A stretch of 62,327 bases of DNA, filler included, from Globobulimina sp. (Eukaryota): assembly GCA_003354225.1 (NCBI GenBank). It is 37 parts of 37 records of this genome, joined end to end, with 100 filler letters (N's around TTAATTAATTAA, not from the genome) between each part and the next. Parts side by side here need not be neighbours in the genome. Positions count along the whole stretch, not along the records: positions 21,950 to 23,537 come from PIVH01014459.1; positions 23,638 to 25,225 come from PIVH01014460.1; positions 25,326 to 26,912 come from PIVH01014461.1; positions 27,013 to 28,599 come from PIVH01014462.1; positions 28,700 to 30,286 come from PIVH01014463.1; positions 30,387 to 31,973 come from PIVH01014464.1; positions 32,074 to 33,660 come from PIVH01014465.1; positions 33,761 to 35,347 come from PIVH01014466.1; 29 more parts are not named here. One strand, written 5' to 3'. The first letter of the stretch is position 1; the number at the start of each line of letters is the position of its first letter. The position numbers and the translations under genes were made by a program. Below the pieces are notes generated by a model. The model was not told the origin of the DNA. It did not search any database and saw nothing but the letters and a program-made list of their open reading frames with translations. Positions 23,514 through 35,286 of this stretch are shown here, piece after piece.

Positions 23514-23977
23514 GTCTCGGGGTAACCGCAGATCCTTNNNNNNNNNNNNNNNNNNNNNNNNNNNNNNNNNNNNNNNNNNNNTTAATTAATTAANNNNNNN
23601 NNNNNNNNNNNNNNNNNNNNNNNNNNNNNNNNNNNNNATAATGTTGCTTGGTTCGATGATAATTTGTTTTGCAAATATACATAATTTGATATCTTCACTA
23701 TGACTCGAGTTGGAATTGGTTGAATAGCCAAAGGTCATATCAATAGTGTTGCTGTGTGCTGAAATGTAGTTTATTAATCTGTCTATTAATCTGTCTATTA
23801 AATCTAGCGAGGCCATGGTTGTTCATATACACAATTATACAGTCAAAGCAAATAAAGCTGGATTTGCCACAAAACAATATTACAAAATTCAATGACACAA
23901 AATATCTTATATATAAATAACAATATTAATGGAAACACACGAACACAAAAAATAAATTCAAATAATTTGTTTAATTT

Positions 23978-25225
23978 TTATGTTTTATTTGATGTATTTT
24001 TTGCAATAGTCTGTGATTCAAGAATTTGAGGCTTATCCTGAACAAATCCATAATCATTGTTTGCTGTTGGATTTGAACTGGATGAAGTTTCATGTTCAAT
24101 GATGTCATCAATACAAGATTCAATGTTATTATTTTTATTCTTATTACTCTGATACTTATGATACAGATTATCAATCGGTGGTAATTTAATAGTTTTCGGT
24201 CGAACCCCTTCTTCAAAAAACATATCATCTGAATATCCATTCTCTTTTTGTATTACAATGCCAATATTTTCACCTAACATATTATCATCATTATTAAACG
24301 CATAATTAAAGGCACTTTGGATGTCATTCAAATTATACATTTTATCAATTATGATTGGAAACGACATTTCTGTTAAATACGATGTAAAACTGTCCAAAAT
24401 CTTTGCCTTCTCTTTTACATTTGGCCTCATATCGGGCACAAATTTGATTCCATCAAACTGTTTCTTAATATCCCTATCACATTCTTGCAAAAACCTTGCT
24501 CCCTTAAATGCAATCCTCCATTTCCCAAAACTGATATTGTCGCCAAACTGTGCCATATGATTCTGTCTCCAAAAATAAACACCTTTCGGCTTCACAAACT
24601 TGCAATTATCCATTATCTCAGTCTTGTCCATGGCCATTGAGTCAAATACCAAATCAAATGAGGCCTCCAAAGCATTATCAACATCATCCAACTCATCCAT
24701 GCTCTCATCAAATGTATGAAACGCATCAATTTTCAAATAATTATCCAGGATATTTGCATCCAAACGACAGTGCTTCTTATCATCAATGATTGTGATATTA
24801 TTATTTGCATCCAAATGTTTCAAGAATGGAACAAATATATTTATCATTGACCGCCTTCCAGTGCCTATAAATAAGACACGTTTATGCTTCAAATCATTGA
24901 TATTTATCTTTGCATAATTTAATAATGTCTGCAAATTGTACAATTGCAATGGATACAAACCGCAGAAATGCAATGGTATGTTTATCGGTGCGTGGCACAG
25001 CGATTTGTAGGATACGGGGACATAATCACTCCAACAATGGCCAAATGTGGAGGTGGAAGTACCCCAAACTCGATCACCAATCTCGAATGGAAAGGTGCTA
25101 TCACTCGCATGCTTGTCAGCTAATAATTTATCCGGAATTGATTCAATTATTCCAGCAAATGTACGACCAATCACACACTTGTTGTGGTTGCAGTTAGTGG
25201 CGTGTTTCTGCATTGTTATCATCGA
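23978..25225 (-). CDS. Divergent medium-chain dehydrogenase/reductase (RTN4IP1/quinone oxidoreductase-like), 5'-truncated
   Basis: IGRTFAGII, FEIGDRVWG, KRVLFIG, FDLVFD and IIDKMYNLNDIQSAF follow the MDR layout. Confidence 0.65.
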   Translation of the reverse strand, partial: SMITMQKHATNCNHNKCVIGRTFAGIIESIPDKLLADKHASDSTFPFEIGDRVWGTSTSTFGHCWSDYVPVSYKSLCHAPINIPLHFCGLYPLQLYNLQTLLNYAKININDLKHKRVLFIGTGRRSMINIFVPFLKHLDANNNITIIDDKKHCRLDANILDNYLKIDAFHTFDESMDELDDVDNALEASFDLVFDSMAMDKTEIMDNCKFVKPKGVYFWRQNHMAQFGDNISFGKWRIAFKGARFLQECDRDIKKQFDGIKFVPDMRPNVKEKAKILDSFTSYLTEMSFPIIIDKMYNLNDIQSAFNYAFNNDDNMLGENIGIVIQKENGYSDDMFFEEGVRPKTIKLPPIDNLYHKYQSNKNKNNNIESCIDDIIEHETSSSSNPTANNDYGFVQDKPQILESQTIAKNTSNKT

Positions 25226-25325
25226 NNNNNNNNNNNNNNNNNNNNNNNNNNNNNNNNNNNNNNNNNNNNTTAATTAATTAANNNNNNNNNNNNNNNNNNN
25301 NNNNNNNNNNNNNNNNNNNNNNNNN

Positions 25326-26616
25326 CTTCATCAATTATAATGTCATTATCATACACTTTGAGTATAATTTCATCCTTTTCATCCACTGTATCATTATTTG
25401 CTGTATACTCCACTGTCTGTTTTAAAATAGCATCAATACTCATACACCAATGCTGAAACTCATTATTGTCCAATTTCTCCCTATTAAACAAGTGTATATT
25501 TCTCGTCTGTGCCACAAAAACTGCATAAAAAGTATCTGGAACCGGACAGCAAATTTGCGATTTTCTCCATTCATGGATTTCAAGGTCCAAAATAAATATA
25601 GCATCGATTTTAACCATCTTATACATTCTTTTACTTTTCGGAGTCATTGCATTTCCGCCAAATATCACAATATATTTTCCATCCACAATGACAGCACCAA
25701 ACTCCGTCAACTTTTCGTACGGTAATTTGCATACAGACTTCAACCAAAATAAACCAGCCGCTTTACCCACATTGGACCGATAGGATAAGGTAAAAATGCA
25801 ATCATTCTCATCATTGCCTCCCAACAGCACAAATTCTTTCAATTTGGAACTAAAAAATATGTCATGCGCCAACAGTCCGTTTGAGCTCACATTGTATTGT
25901 ATAATGGGCGCTGTTTCTGAAACCTATGGAATAATTTTCTAATTCTGTCTAAATGTTTGATAAAATGTATTTGTAGATACCTGCACAAACTGCTTCTTTG
26001 AAGCTGACCACTTCAAATGCTGTGTATTGTCCTTTCCGCCAAGAATATGAAATTCATTCCAAGGGTCCGGGAGATATATTGACAGCAAACCCTCTCCGGT
26101 CTGGACCAAATTCCTTAATTTCTCAGTCTTTTTGGTGGTTTTGCGTATATTGGAAACTGTTGGATGATGAGCTTCATCCTTTGAATCGACAGCAATGTCC
26201 AACATAGCAAATGATTGATGCACTCCATCATAGATAAACATGTGTTGTCCGTCAGGCGATGCAGTGTATGTTGGAGACGTGAATTTTAATTCAGGATAGG
26301 CACAAAGTTGAAAATAAGTTTGCCGCTTCACATTGTATGACAAACACTGTTTGTCTGTAAAATAGTCATCTGTTGCTTTTAGTAGTGTAGGTTTTGGGCA
26401 TTTTGATATTTTTTTAAATGGGATCGGTGGTAATTTTTTCACTGTGAATGGACTATTAATAATATCAGGTTTTGCTGTTTTTTGCTGCCTTTTTTGTGGT
26501 TGCCGTTGTTTTATTGGAAATGGACGAGATGGGTTTTTGGTGTGTGACAGTTGATGTTGTTGGAGTGGATTTGGATATTGGTAGAAGGGATTTGTGCTTC
26601 CTCCTCGATTTTCCAT
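25326..26616 (-). CDS. Kelch-like beta-propeller protein, intron 25924-25980
   Basis: FHILGG, FVLLGG and IVIFGG with downstream Trp; in-frame GT-AG splice. Confidence 0.7.
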
Positions 26617-26685
26617 GGTTCAAAGCTGCACAATATTTTTCTAGATAACTGCACAAAAAAAACCTTTATCTGTATACTGAAAACA

Positions 26686-26912
26686 ATGGATGTGGCTGAC
26701 GAAGAAAACAAACTGGGAACAGAAGAGAAGAAAGAAAACAGACCACCAACCATAATCGAACTATACCCATTCGGTGCATTTTGCAATTTCTTAGAACGTG
26801 TTTCTGAACAAAGCAAAAGCAGTAAAAAAAGAGAATTGTTGGAGGAGTTATGGAAATTACTCAAATCGAAAGGGGGCAAACATTGGTTCCCTTTGATGCG
26901 GCTATTACTGCC
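26686..26912 (+). CDS. LIG4: DNA ligase IV N-terminus, partial
   Basis: PFGAFCNFLERV...WFPLMRLLL matches the start of the LIG4 DNA-binding domain. Confidence 0.75.
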
Positions 26913-27012
26913 NNNNNNNNNNNNNNNNNNNNNNNNNNNNNNNNNNNNNNNNNNNNTTAATTAATTAANNNNNNNNNNNNNNNNNNNNNNNNNNNNNNNN
27001 NNNNNNNNNNNN

Positions 27013-27841
27013 GTCGGAGGAAGTGTAGTTTTACTATAACTTTTCCGAATGCGAACTTGATTGGTTTCTTTGTGTCGCTTTTTATACTTATATTAACAGA
27101 GGAAAAATCTTTTTTCAACAACGGCAAGTAATGAGGGTTTGGAAATGATCTGTCGATAATTGATCCGAACATGCCTTCAACTGGCAGAATACATAAAAGA
27201 GGATCACGACTGTTTCCCACAATTTGGTTTTCAACCAAATCACAATACACATATAGACCATCAATTCCACCTCTGAGGTCTACAGGAAAGTCAGCTATGT
27301 CATCAGCATTTTTTCTGTTTTGCAATTTACTTGATCGGAAGCCAAGCATGTAAGCAAGTAACTGCGATAGTGTGGCACTTTGGATGTAACGGTTGTCAAA
27401 ATGCATTACAACGCGTTTTTTGACAAAATCGAATCGGAAACTAATGGCATGTTCAAAATTTTCCCATGACTCATAGTTGCGTTTGGTAGTTGTAGTAAGT
27501 TTTTTATTATTATCATTTACTGATGTCTTCAGCTTTTGTGCTTTCATTACCACCTCTTGAGTTATAGAATCAAGTAGGTCATTGATAGTATCGTAATGGT
27601 TTGGTTGGATATCCAATGGCACAGCCGTAAATTCTGGATCATTCAGGTATACAGTTATTCGGTTTGAGTTTTTCTCATTTGTGACATTGTACCATGACTT
27701 TGAATATTGTATCTGTGCCAGTGCAACTGCCCATTCGCCATTAAGACTAATGGTGTCAGGAAGGTGCACTCGAAAGTCTGAAGTAATTTCACCTGCATGA
27801 GTGTTGCTTGGTAATGTCAAGTAAAACTCACTACTATTCAT
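27013..27841 (-). CDS. Polinton minor capsid (penton) protein
   Basis: FYLTLPSN, LNGEWAVAL, LYVYCDLVENQIVG, PHYLPL and C-terminal VKLHF are typical of Maverick pentons. Confidence 0.82.
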
Positions 27842-28055
27842 TTTTTGACCCTTGGGATGGTGCAGGAAGCAAATAAGCTATTGAACTTGACAGAAGCGTT
27901 GTCCACAATTTGTCATTTTCATTATTTATAGTTAAATTTACGATTGATGTGATTATCAGAAAAATTGCAATGAAAACTTGCACAAAATACATAACTGCAG
28001 CTCGCGAAACTGGTAGGCCAAACAACAACCATTTCACACCTTCTTTGTTATCCAT
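27834..28055 (-). CDS. Small two-TM Polinton-associated protein
   Basis: 73 aa, two hydrophobic helices ending YLLPAP; overlaps the penton start by 8 nt. Confidence 0.6.
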   Translation of the reverse strand: MDNKEGVKWLLFGLPVSRAAVMYFVQVFIAIFLIITSIVNLTINNENDKLWTTLLSSSIAYLLPAPSQGSKNE

Positions 28056-28109
28056 GATGATATAATAATAAATTCTTTATTGTGTTACAAACAAATTATA
28101 TACTTATAC

Positions 28110-28599
28110 TTAATGTATGACAAGGTCATTTTCAGTCAACCATCGATTTTTTTTCATGGGCTGATTGACAAATTTGACCAAATAATGCCACAGACCATCT
28201 CTGTTCTCCGTTTTAACGATTCTCTCAATGTCAAGCGTTTTTTCTGTTTCGGGTACAACTTTAACCAGTTCCTTCTCATAGAAAACACCCTCGATCGCTT
28301 CATTGTCAACTAATGATCGTAATCGATACACTGGTGGAAATCTTTGTATTTTTTCAGTTATGACAAATTTTTCAGCCGTGAAGTTTGGCAAATATCCTTT
28401 TTGCAACAAATGTTTTTCTTTTGTTATTCGAACGGTCTCACCAAGGTCAAACTGAAACTTTTGTTGTTTTTGCTTCTCCCCATACAAACGCTGCCAAAGT
28501 TCACCGGCATTGCTGGGATTAATATCAACAGGACGCATATCAGTGGCTTTGCATTTCGATTTATTCATCGATTGCACTATTCTCTGCAAAACATCTACC
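28110..28599 (-). CDS. Polinton retroviral-like integrase C-terminus with chromodomain
   Basis: MRPVD, GETVRI, KGYLPNFT, PPVYRL, IEGVFYEKEL, then chromo-like IERIV...YLVKF...NRWL. Confidence 0.88.
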
Positions 28600-28752
28600 N
28601 NNNNNNNNNNNNNNNNNNNNNNNNNNNNNNNNNNNNNNNNNNNTTAATTAATTAANNNNNNNNNNNNNNNNNNNNNNNNNNNNNNNNNNNNNNNNNNNNA
28701 CAAATATCTACGTACATTGTTAATATAAAAGTAACAATTATTTTTTTCTCAT

Positions 28753-29028
28753 TTAAATATCATTAAATGGCTGTTTTTCTGTATCATAATCACTGTCTCT
28801 GCTTCTTGAATATCCGCCACGATGTTTCCTTCGTTTACAACGATAGATACAAATTCCTAAACCAATAAATAGCGCAACGGCCATGCCAGTTATTAATATC
28901 ATATGATTGTTAAATGTTGACGCAATATATTTATGTTCAAACCATGACTCATTATCAACACCATTTGGTGCAACATCTGGTTGATTATTTATTATTGGAC
29001 CAGAACCATCGTCTGCTGCAGATGTCAT
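28753..29028 (-). CDS. Small single-pass membrane protein or terminal exon
   Basis: TM helix followed by basic RCKRRKHR. Confidence 0.5.
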   Translation of the reverse strand: MTSAADDGSGPIINNQPDVAPNGVDNESWFEHKYIASTFNNHMILITGMAVALFIGLGICIYRCKRRKHRGGYSRSRDSDYDTEKQPFNDI

Positions 29029-29363
29029 AATGTTAATTTTCTTGTATTACCTGAAAAAAAAAAGTCTAAACATAAAACCAAAAAAATGAGTATATTGAGA
29101 GTTGCGTTGCAAATGCTGAGGCTTTTCATATAATGCTTTCATGTGCATCTTGAAAATGAAGGAAGCCTCAGCCTTGCTACGCCATATGCACGTTGCACGC
29201 GAACATGACTACTAAATGTTAGTAGTCGACTAGTGCCCAAAAGAGACATGGCGTTTTTTATACATATTATGACAGCAACTACACAAAAATTAATGATCAA
29301 TGATGCAGAAAGTTAGCACCTCTACAATTTTAAATTGAACATAGTTATTAGTAATACTACTAA

Positions 29364-30286
29364 TCATCGCTTATTATATCCAATGAACCATGAAACAGAA
29401 GGTGACAATTCAAATGTTTTTGGACATTGTTTATAACCAACAAATCCGGAATAAAATTTCAAATTATATTCTTTTGGAGGATTTTGCAATAAATCGGTCC
29501 ATTTTACCGGGGCTGAAGATACACCCGATGGGAATTGCGGTGCTTCCACACTGCCATTACCAAATTGTTTTAATGTATCACTTTTATTGACAGTATACGG
29601 TATAAAACATATGTCGTTTTTTACAAATTCCAAAATGCGATCTTGGAGATATGGAAAAAATACGTTAATCCATCCGGCATATCTTTCAGGTGTAACATCA
29701 CCACCAGATCCAAAATATTGTTTTTCTGTTTTTTTAACCATTGAATTCCAAAAAATACAATCAATATTCCCATCATAAGCCGCAATAAATCTATCTAAAA
29801 TTGGTAGCAATGAAACTGCCCATTCTGCACCAAAACGTTTGTCCACTTTATTTGTCAATAAATTTATACATTTTAATCGTAATGCAATCCAATCCGCTTT
29901 TGTTCCATCTAATGTAATTTGTGGAAATCCACACAAAAAACCAGAGAATCCTACATATTTAAAATAATTTTTACAAATATCCATAATTGTGATTTTATTG
30001 CTAATTTTATCTACAATTCTAGAGCACGAAAAATCAGATTCCATCAATTGCACTGTGTCTGCCACTGTATTTTTATCAATTTGCTCACAAAATTCTTTAA
30101 TAACACCTGTCCAGTCATTATTTTTCGAACCAAATACAAAACCATCTTTAACATAATCTCTGTATAATGTTAATTCTTTAACATCCTCATGTTTAACATA
30201 TTTATTTCTTAATTTCTCACTATTTTTATCAACGTGGATTGCAATCGATTGTAAGACTAATAATAAAATATTTGGAGGTGATATTT
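29364..30286 (-). CDS. DUF4419-family protein, 5'-truncated
   Basis: CGFPQITLDGTKADW, FWNSM, GSGG, GWINVFFPY, FPSGVSSAPV, SGFVG. Confidence 0.8.
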
Positions 30287-30788
30287 NNNNNNNNNNNNNN
30301 NNNNNNNNNNNNNNNNNNNNNNNNNNNNNNTTAATTAATTAANNNNNNNNNNNNNNNNNNNNNNNNNNNNNNNNNNNNNNNNNNNNTTTTATTACTTCAA
30401 AACATTTTTCTATAACTTCATCGCTAAAAATTCTCATAATTTCCTCATTTTTATTTTTAGTTAAAGTCCCAAATTTTTGGAACTTTGTATTGTGTAAGGT
30501 TGTTGATACACCATTTTTTTTCCCGCAAATGCAAGCTAGTCTTCTTTTTGATGGAACCAATTGGTGGAAGCGTTTGTGTTTGTCATAGGTGGAAGCGGTG
30601 GTAAATATCGTTGGTTTTCATCATTGTATGTTTGTGTACTTTTTCTTCTTGATTGTAATCCGATGGATTCCATGCATTGTGTTAAACTGTTTTGTGATTG
30701 TACAAAGAAAATGGATGGTGACGAAGATGACTGACATTGATGGCAATTGCAGGTGAAATGATGCTGGTATTTCTGTGGTTGTTGTGCC

Positions 30789-31973
30789 ATGAGATCGAGA
30801 GTAGTGCAGTTTTTTATTCCTAAAGATGGTATCAATTTGGGTGATAAAGTATGGAGACAATATGAAGCGGAACGAGCTTTAGATAAAACAGTCGATCATA
30901 CGGCTTTTTTTGATGAAAAGGAAACCAACTTTATATATCCGCGGACATTATTAGTCGACACAGAACCACACGCCATCAACAATATAGTTACGAATAATAA
31001 AGCATTCTATAATGAGGCGGATAACATTTACGCTCTGCAAAACCATGAAGCAAATATATTTTCTCGTGGTTATAATAAATTGGGTAAAATGGTGATGAAA
31101 GATGTAATCGATAATAAAATCCGGAAATTGGTGGAAAACTGTGATAATTTGGATGGTATCATATTAAACCATGGCATTTCAGGTGGGACTGGTTCAGGTT
31201 TAAGCTCATTGATTTTGGAAAATTTCAGCTCAAATTATAGGAAAAAAGGCAAAATATCAATGGACATTTATCCAATATCACAAAATCTATTTTCGCATTG
31301 CATGGTAGAACCATATAATATGATATTAGCATTGCATTACTTGTTGGACCACACAGACGTTTCATTTACATTTGATAATCAGTGCATATATCAACAAATC
31401 AAAAATAAAACACAGAAACGACCAACTTACGACAACTTAAATGCAATGATATCGCAACAAATTGCATTAATTACATCAACATTCAGATACAAATCGAGCA
31501 GCAATCTGAACCAGAATATATCTGAGATGAATACGCATTTGGTGCCGTTCCCGAGATTGCATTTCATGCTCACTTCACAGGAAACTGATACAGCTCTGGA
31601 AAATAATCAAATCATTAAAAACATGTTTCAATGCTCAAATTTTTCAATTCCATGCACTGACTATGATTGCGAAGAGGATAAATTTATGGGACTGCTATTT
31701 CATTGTCGTGGTATAAATTATTTCAATCAACAAGAGATATTCACGAAAATGATTAAAGAATGCAGAGATAACCGATTATACAGTTTTGTTGAATGGTGTC
31801 CGACCGACATACAATGTGCGTGTTCAACGCCGAGTAGTTTGCAAAATGGTGATGAAACGTTATTTGTTGGCAATAACACTTATATTTGCAGGTATTTTGC
31901 AGACAAAATTGTGAATAAATTTGACTTATTATGGACTCAAAAGAGTTATATACATTGGTTCATTCGCGATGGG
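30789..31973 (+). CDS. Highly divergent alpha-tubulin-like protein, 3'-truncated
   Basis: YPRTLLVDTEP, GGTGSG, VEPYN, LVPFPRLHF, FVEWCPT, YIHWF. Confidence 0.88.
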
Positions 31974-32127
31974 NNNNNNNNNNNNNNNNNNNNNNNNNNN
32001 NNNNNNNNNNNNNNNNNTTAATTAATTAANNNNNNNNNNNNNNNNNNNNNNNNNNNNNNNNNNNNNNNNNNNNCTGGTACTTGTAATTTTAGCCAAACTA
32101 AAATATATTGTATCAGCTTTTTAGTAA

Positions 32128-32272
32128 AGAGCATCCTGTCTTCAGCGTCAGATTCTTATTGGGGTAAGGTGTAAGCAAACCGTTTCTGGTGACTGATAAA
32201 GGTAAAAATAATATAGGTTTGCCTTCGTTTCTCAGAAACAATAAAAATCTGACGCTGAAAACCTGATGCTCT
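32128..32272. mobile_element. 145-bp MITE, family B (Tourist/PIF-Harbinger-like), copy 1
   Basis: About 34-bp imperfect TIR starting AGAGCATC, TAA directly repeated on both sides; near-identical copy at 36174. Confidence 0.85.
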
Positions 32273-32500
32273 TAATCAGCTTTTTAAATGACGGGATTCC
32301 TTCCAAAATTGACTGCTTTGTTGTGGCGCCACAATTCTGGCGAAATTGCATGTGTTCAATGCCATATGATGTTGGCACAGTCGATCCGCACAGATTACTT
32401 AAAAAACTTACTTTCATCATAAACATGTAATTCTTTGAGTTCCAAAAATATATATGGTTCTAAACAAGTTATGAATCTGGTTCGGATTATAGTTCATTTT

Positions 32501-32580
32501 CTGTTCTATTTATTGTTCTTTATTGTTCTATTTATTGTTATATTTATTGTTTTATTTATTGTTATATTTTTTGTTCTATG
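32501..32580. repeat. 12-bp degenerate tandem repeat (TTCTATTTATTG)n
   Basis: About six copies visible. Confidence 0.75.
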
Positions 32581-33081
32581 GTTCACGTTTTTGTTCTAGT
32601 TATGATTAATGTTCTAGAACTGTAGTTATGGACTTGTTCTGGTTACAGTGTTGAGCGGGCTACTTACTTTAAAACAAAACAAAAGTTTTAAAAAGTAAAT
32701 CTAGACAGGCGATTTTTAGATTGTAAATCGATTTCATATGAATTTAATACTTAATTGGGTTAAATTCATTAATGGAAAACCGATTTAAAGTTGGCAATCT
32801 AAAGCGTAAGTGCCATGTAACTGAAGTTTTTTGTATTAGGTATTAGAAAAAAGTTAGTTGGTACCGGTCCTGCAGCCACACAAAATAACTAAAAACACCA
32901 ATATCACACAATACAACTCAAAATATATGGTCTTACGACTAGACTCTTACCTCCCTTATTAGCTTAAATTATCTGTCCACTATTTGTCCTTAAAAAGATT
33001 TCTGTGAAAACCTTCAAACAAACACAAAAAAAACAGCAGCAAAAAGAAACAAAAACAATTGAAAAGAAATCATATTAATAT

Positions 33082-33660
33082 TTACAAAAAATTACTTTTC
33101 CTCCGATCAGATTTTGAACTTAAATGCTTCAAAAGAACTTCGACTTTTTCTTGAATGGCGGATAAATCGACATTGGCTCTCCATACTTCGCGTTTTGCCA
33201 ATTCAGTATCGCGAATATTGGCGACCTCATACGTTAATTCTTCGATTCTCTCTTCTAACTCGGATAAAACATATTGAATATTGGAATATTGATTGGATTT
33301 CGTAATCAACTCTTTTTGCGCCAATTGCGCAGTTTTATGGAAGGTCTTATGTAGAGCCTCCATGTCACGCTCAATCTCTTTCAGTGCAACGGGGTCAATC
33401 TTCAAATTCTTGCTCGAATTGGCACGGATAAAATTGCCGGAGCCCTGTCTGGACATTGGCCGGTTCCGGTCTTTAAAATGAATCCCGACATACAACTCTC
33501 GCAACGACGACAAGTCGCTCTCTTTCTTGTTTACTTTGTAGATTTGGCACAATTTCAGGATGGATTTGACCCACATTTCGCACTCATCGATGGACTTCGC
33601 CGCCACATCCAAGGTCTTATACGAATGGCCATACACCACCGAAAAGGACGACAACAAAAA
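33082..33660 (-). CDS. PH-domain end plus coiled-coil C-terminus, partial
   Basis: SFSVVYG..KTLDVAAKSIDECEMWVKSI is a PLC-type PH C-terminal strand and helix. Confidence 0.7.
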   Translation of the reverse strand, partial: FLLSSFSVVYGHSYKTLDVAAKSIDECEMWVKSILKLCQIYKVNKKESDLSSLRELYVGIHFKDRNRPMSRQGSGNFIRANSSKNLKIDPVALKEIERDMEALHKTFHKTAQLAQKELITKSNQYSNIQYVLSELEERIEELTYEVANIRDTELAKREVWRANVDLSAIQEKVEVLLKHLSSKSDRRKSNFL

Positions 33661-33760
33661 NNNNNNNNNNNNNNNNNNNNNNNNNNNNNNNNNNNNNNNN
33701 NNNNTTAATTAATTAANNNNNNNNNNNNNNNNNNNNNNNNNNNNNNNNNNNNNNNNNNNN

Positions 33761-35286
33761 GCAGTAATTGATTGAGGGTTCGGTTTATTATTTGAATTAT
33801 TTGAATTTGTAATTTGATTTGTATTATTTTGCAGATTATTTGAACGCAGAGTAAATTGAGGTGTTCTTTGCTGTGCATTAGTATTATATGGATAATTATT
33901 AATTGGTTGTGTATTATAGACAGGATTTGGTGGCATTTGTGTAATTCCACTCTTTTGCGCTGTGTTATTTAGTCTCCTTCGTTTGTGAGGAGGTTGTAAA
34001 AAGGGGGCAGTGTTGGAAGGAATGTTGGCATTTTGTGGGGAATTATTTTGAATTAAGCCAATTGGAATTAATCTGTTTGATAATGTGGTAATATATTTGT
34101 TTAAGTTTAAAATGTTTCGATAATTATCAATTATTCCAGTTTTAACTAAGTTGTTTGTGACTGTTTTAAGCATTTTTGGATATAATCGAATAAATACATT
34201 TTCTTCTAATCTGCCAATATATTTTATAAACGATTTTATTGTGCCATGTTTGTTTGGGGGAGCATTTAAATCAAAGTTAAAGATAACAATATTAGCAATA
34301 ATTGCTGTTAAAATTGAACCGATATTTGTTTGCGAATTGTAACTATTAATTGTATCCATTTTATGTGCCTCGTCTTTTAGTGATGACAGAAAATTATTGA
34401 AATTATTCTCATTGTCATCTATCATACATTGAAATGGATCCTCTTTTTTCAGTAAACTCGTAATAGAATCTGCTGCATTTTCCAATGAAAATAAATCATC
34501 ATATTTTTGAGGAATAATTGGTAAATCTGGGATTTTTGGCTGTATATTATTTGGATTTGGCACAAAATTGTTATTATTTGGATTTGGCACAAAATTGTTT
34601 TTATTTGGATCTGTAACACGCAAAATATGATCGATTGAAGATTGGATGTTTCGTGGTTTTCGTAACACGGTCACTTGCGAATTTGTAATGGGTGGAAGGT
34701 TTGGGGCGCGATTATTGTTAACATCAAAACGTACACGATTTTGATTGTTACCGTTATTTTCTGATTTGTTATTATGATTTTTTGCGGTCGGACTTAAAGT
34801 GGATAAAGTTGATGATAATTGGGAGGGTAATGAAGTATGTAATCCTTTGTATAAACTTAAACAATCATTGTTTATTGCATTGGCTTCATCTTGTGACTCG
34901 GAAGAATTTTCAATGATTTCTTTAATGGATTTCGACGATAATGAATCTAAATAATGTAAACAATCAAATTGACGTAGATCGGAATATACGGCAAAGCTTG
35001 GAGTATTTTTAAATTTTTTGAATTGATCTGCTTTAAATTCAGAGCAGGATAAATAGATTAAATCGGATAAATTTCGGACTTTTGCGAAGCAGTCCTTATT
35101 GGCTCTAATATAGCAATTTCTTAAGAATAATTTAAGCGAATCTAATATTGTTCGGGATGAGGTATTTGTAAACCAAATGAAATTGTTATTTACTTGGGAG
35201 AAATATAAAATTAATAATATTTCACATTTATTAAAGAAGAGATCGGGTTTTGATGCATCGGACTTTTGATTGAAGGATGATTTCAA
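33761..35286 (-). CDS. Asn-rich hypothetical protein, partial
   Basis: Open frame over 500 codons with a duplicated NNFVPNPNN; family not recognised. Confidence 0.55.

Larger units (their letters stand above)
27013..28599 (-). mobile_element. Maverick/Polinton (adintovirus-like) fragment
   Basis: Integrase C-terminus, a small membrane ORF and a penton-like gene, co-oriented, tightly packed and intronless. Confidence 0.88.

Noticed and set aside
29207-29234. Hairpin followed by CTAG-T as a Helitron 3' end
   Set aside because: The hairpin is AT-rich and almost abuts the CTAG, and no 5' end or second copy is visible.
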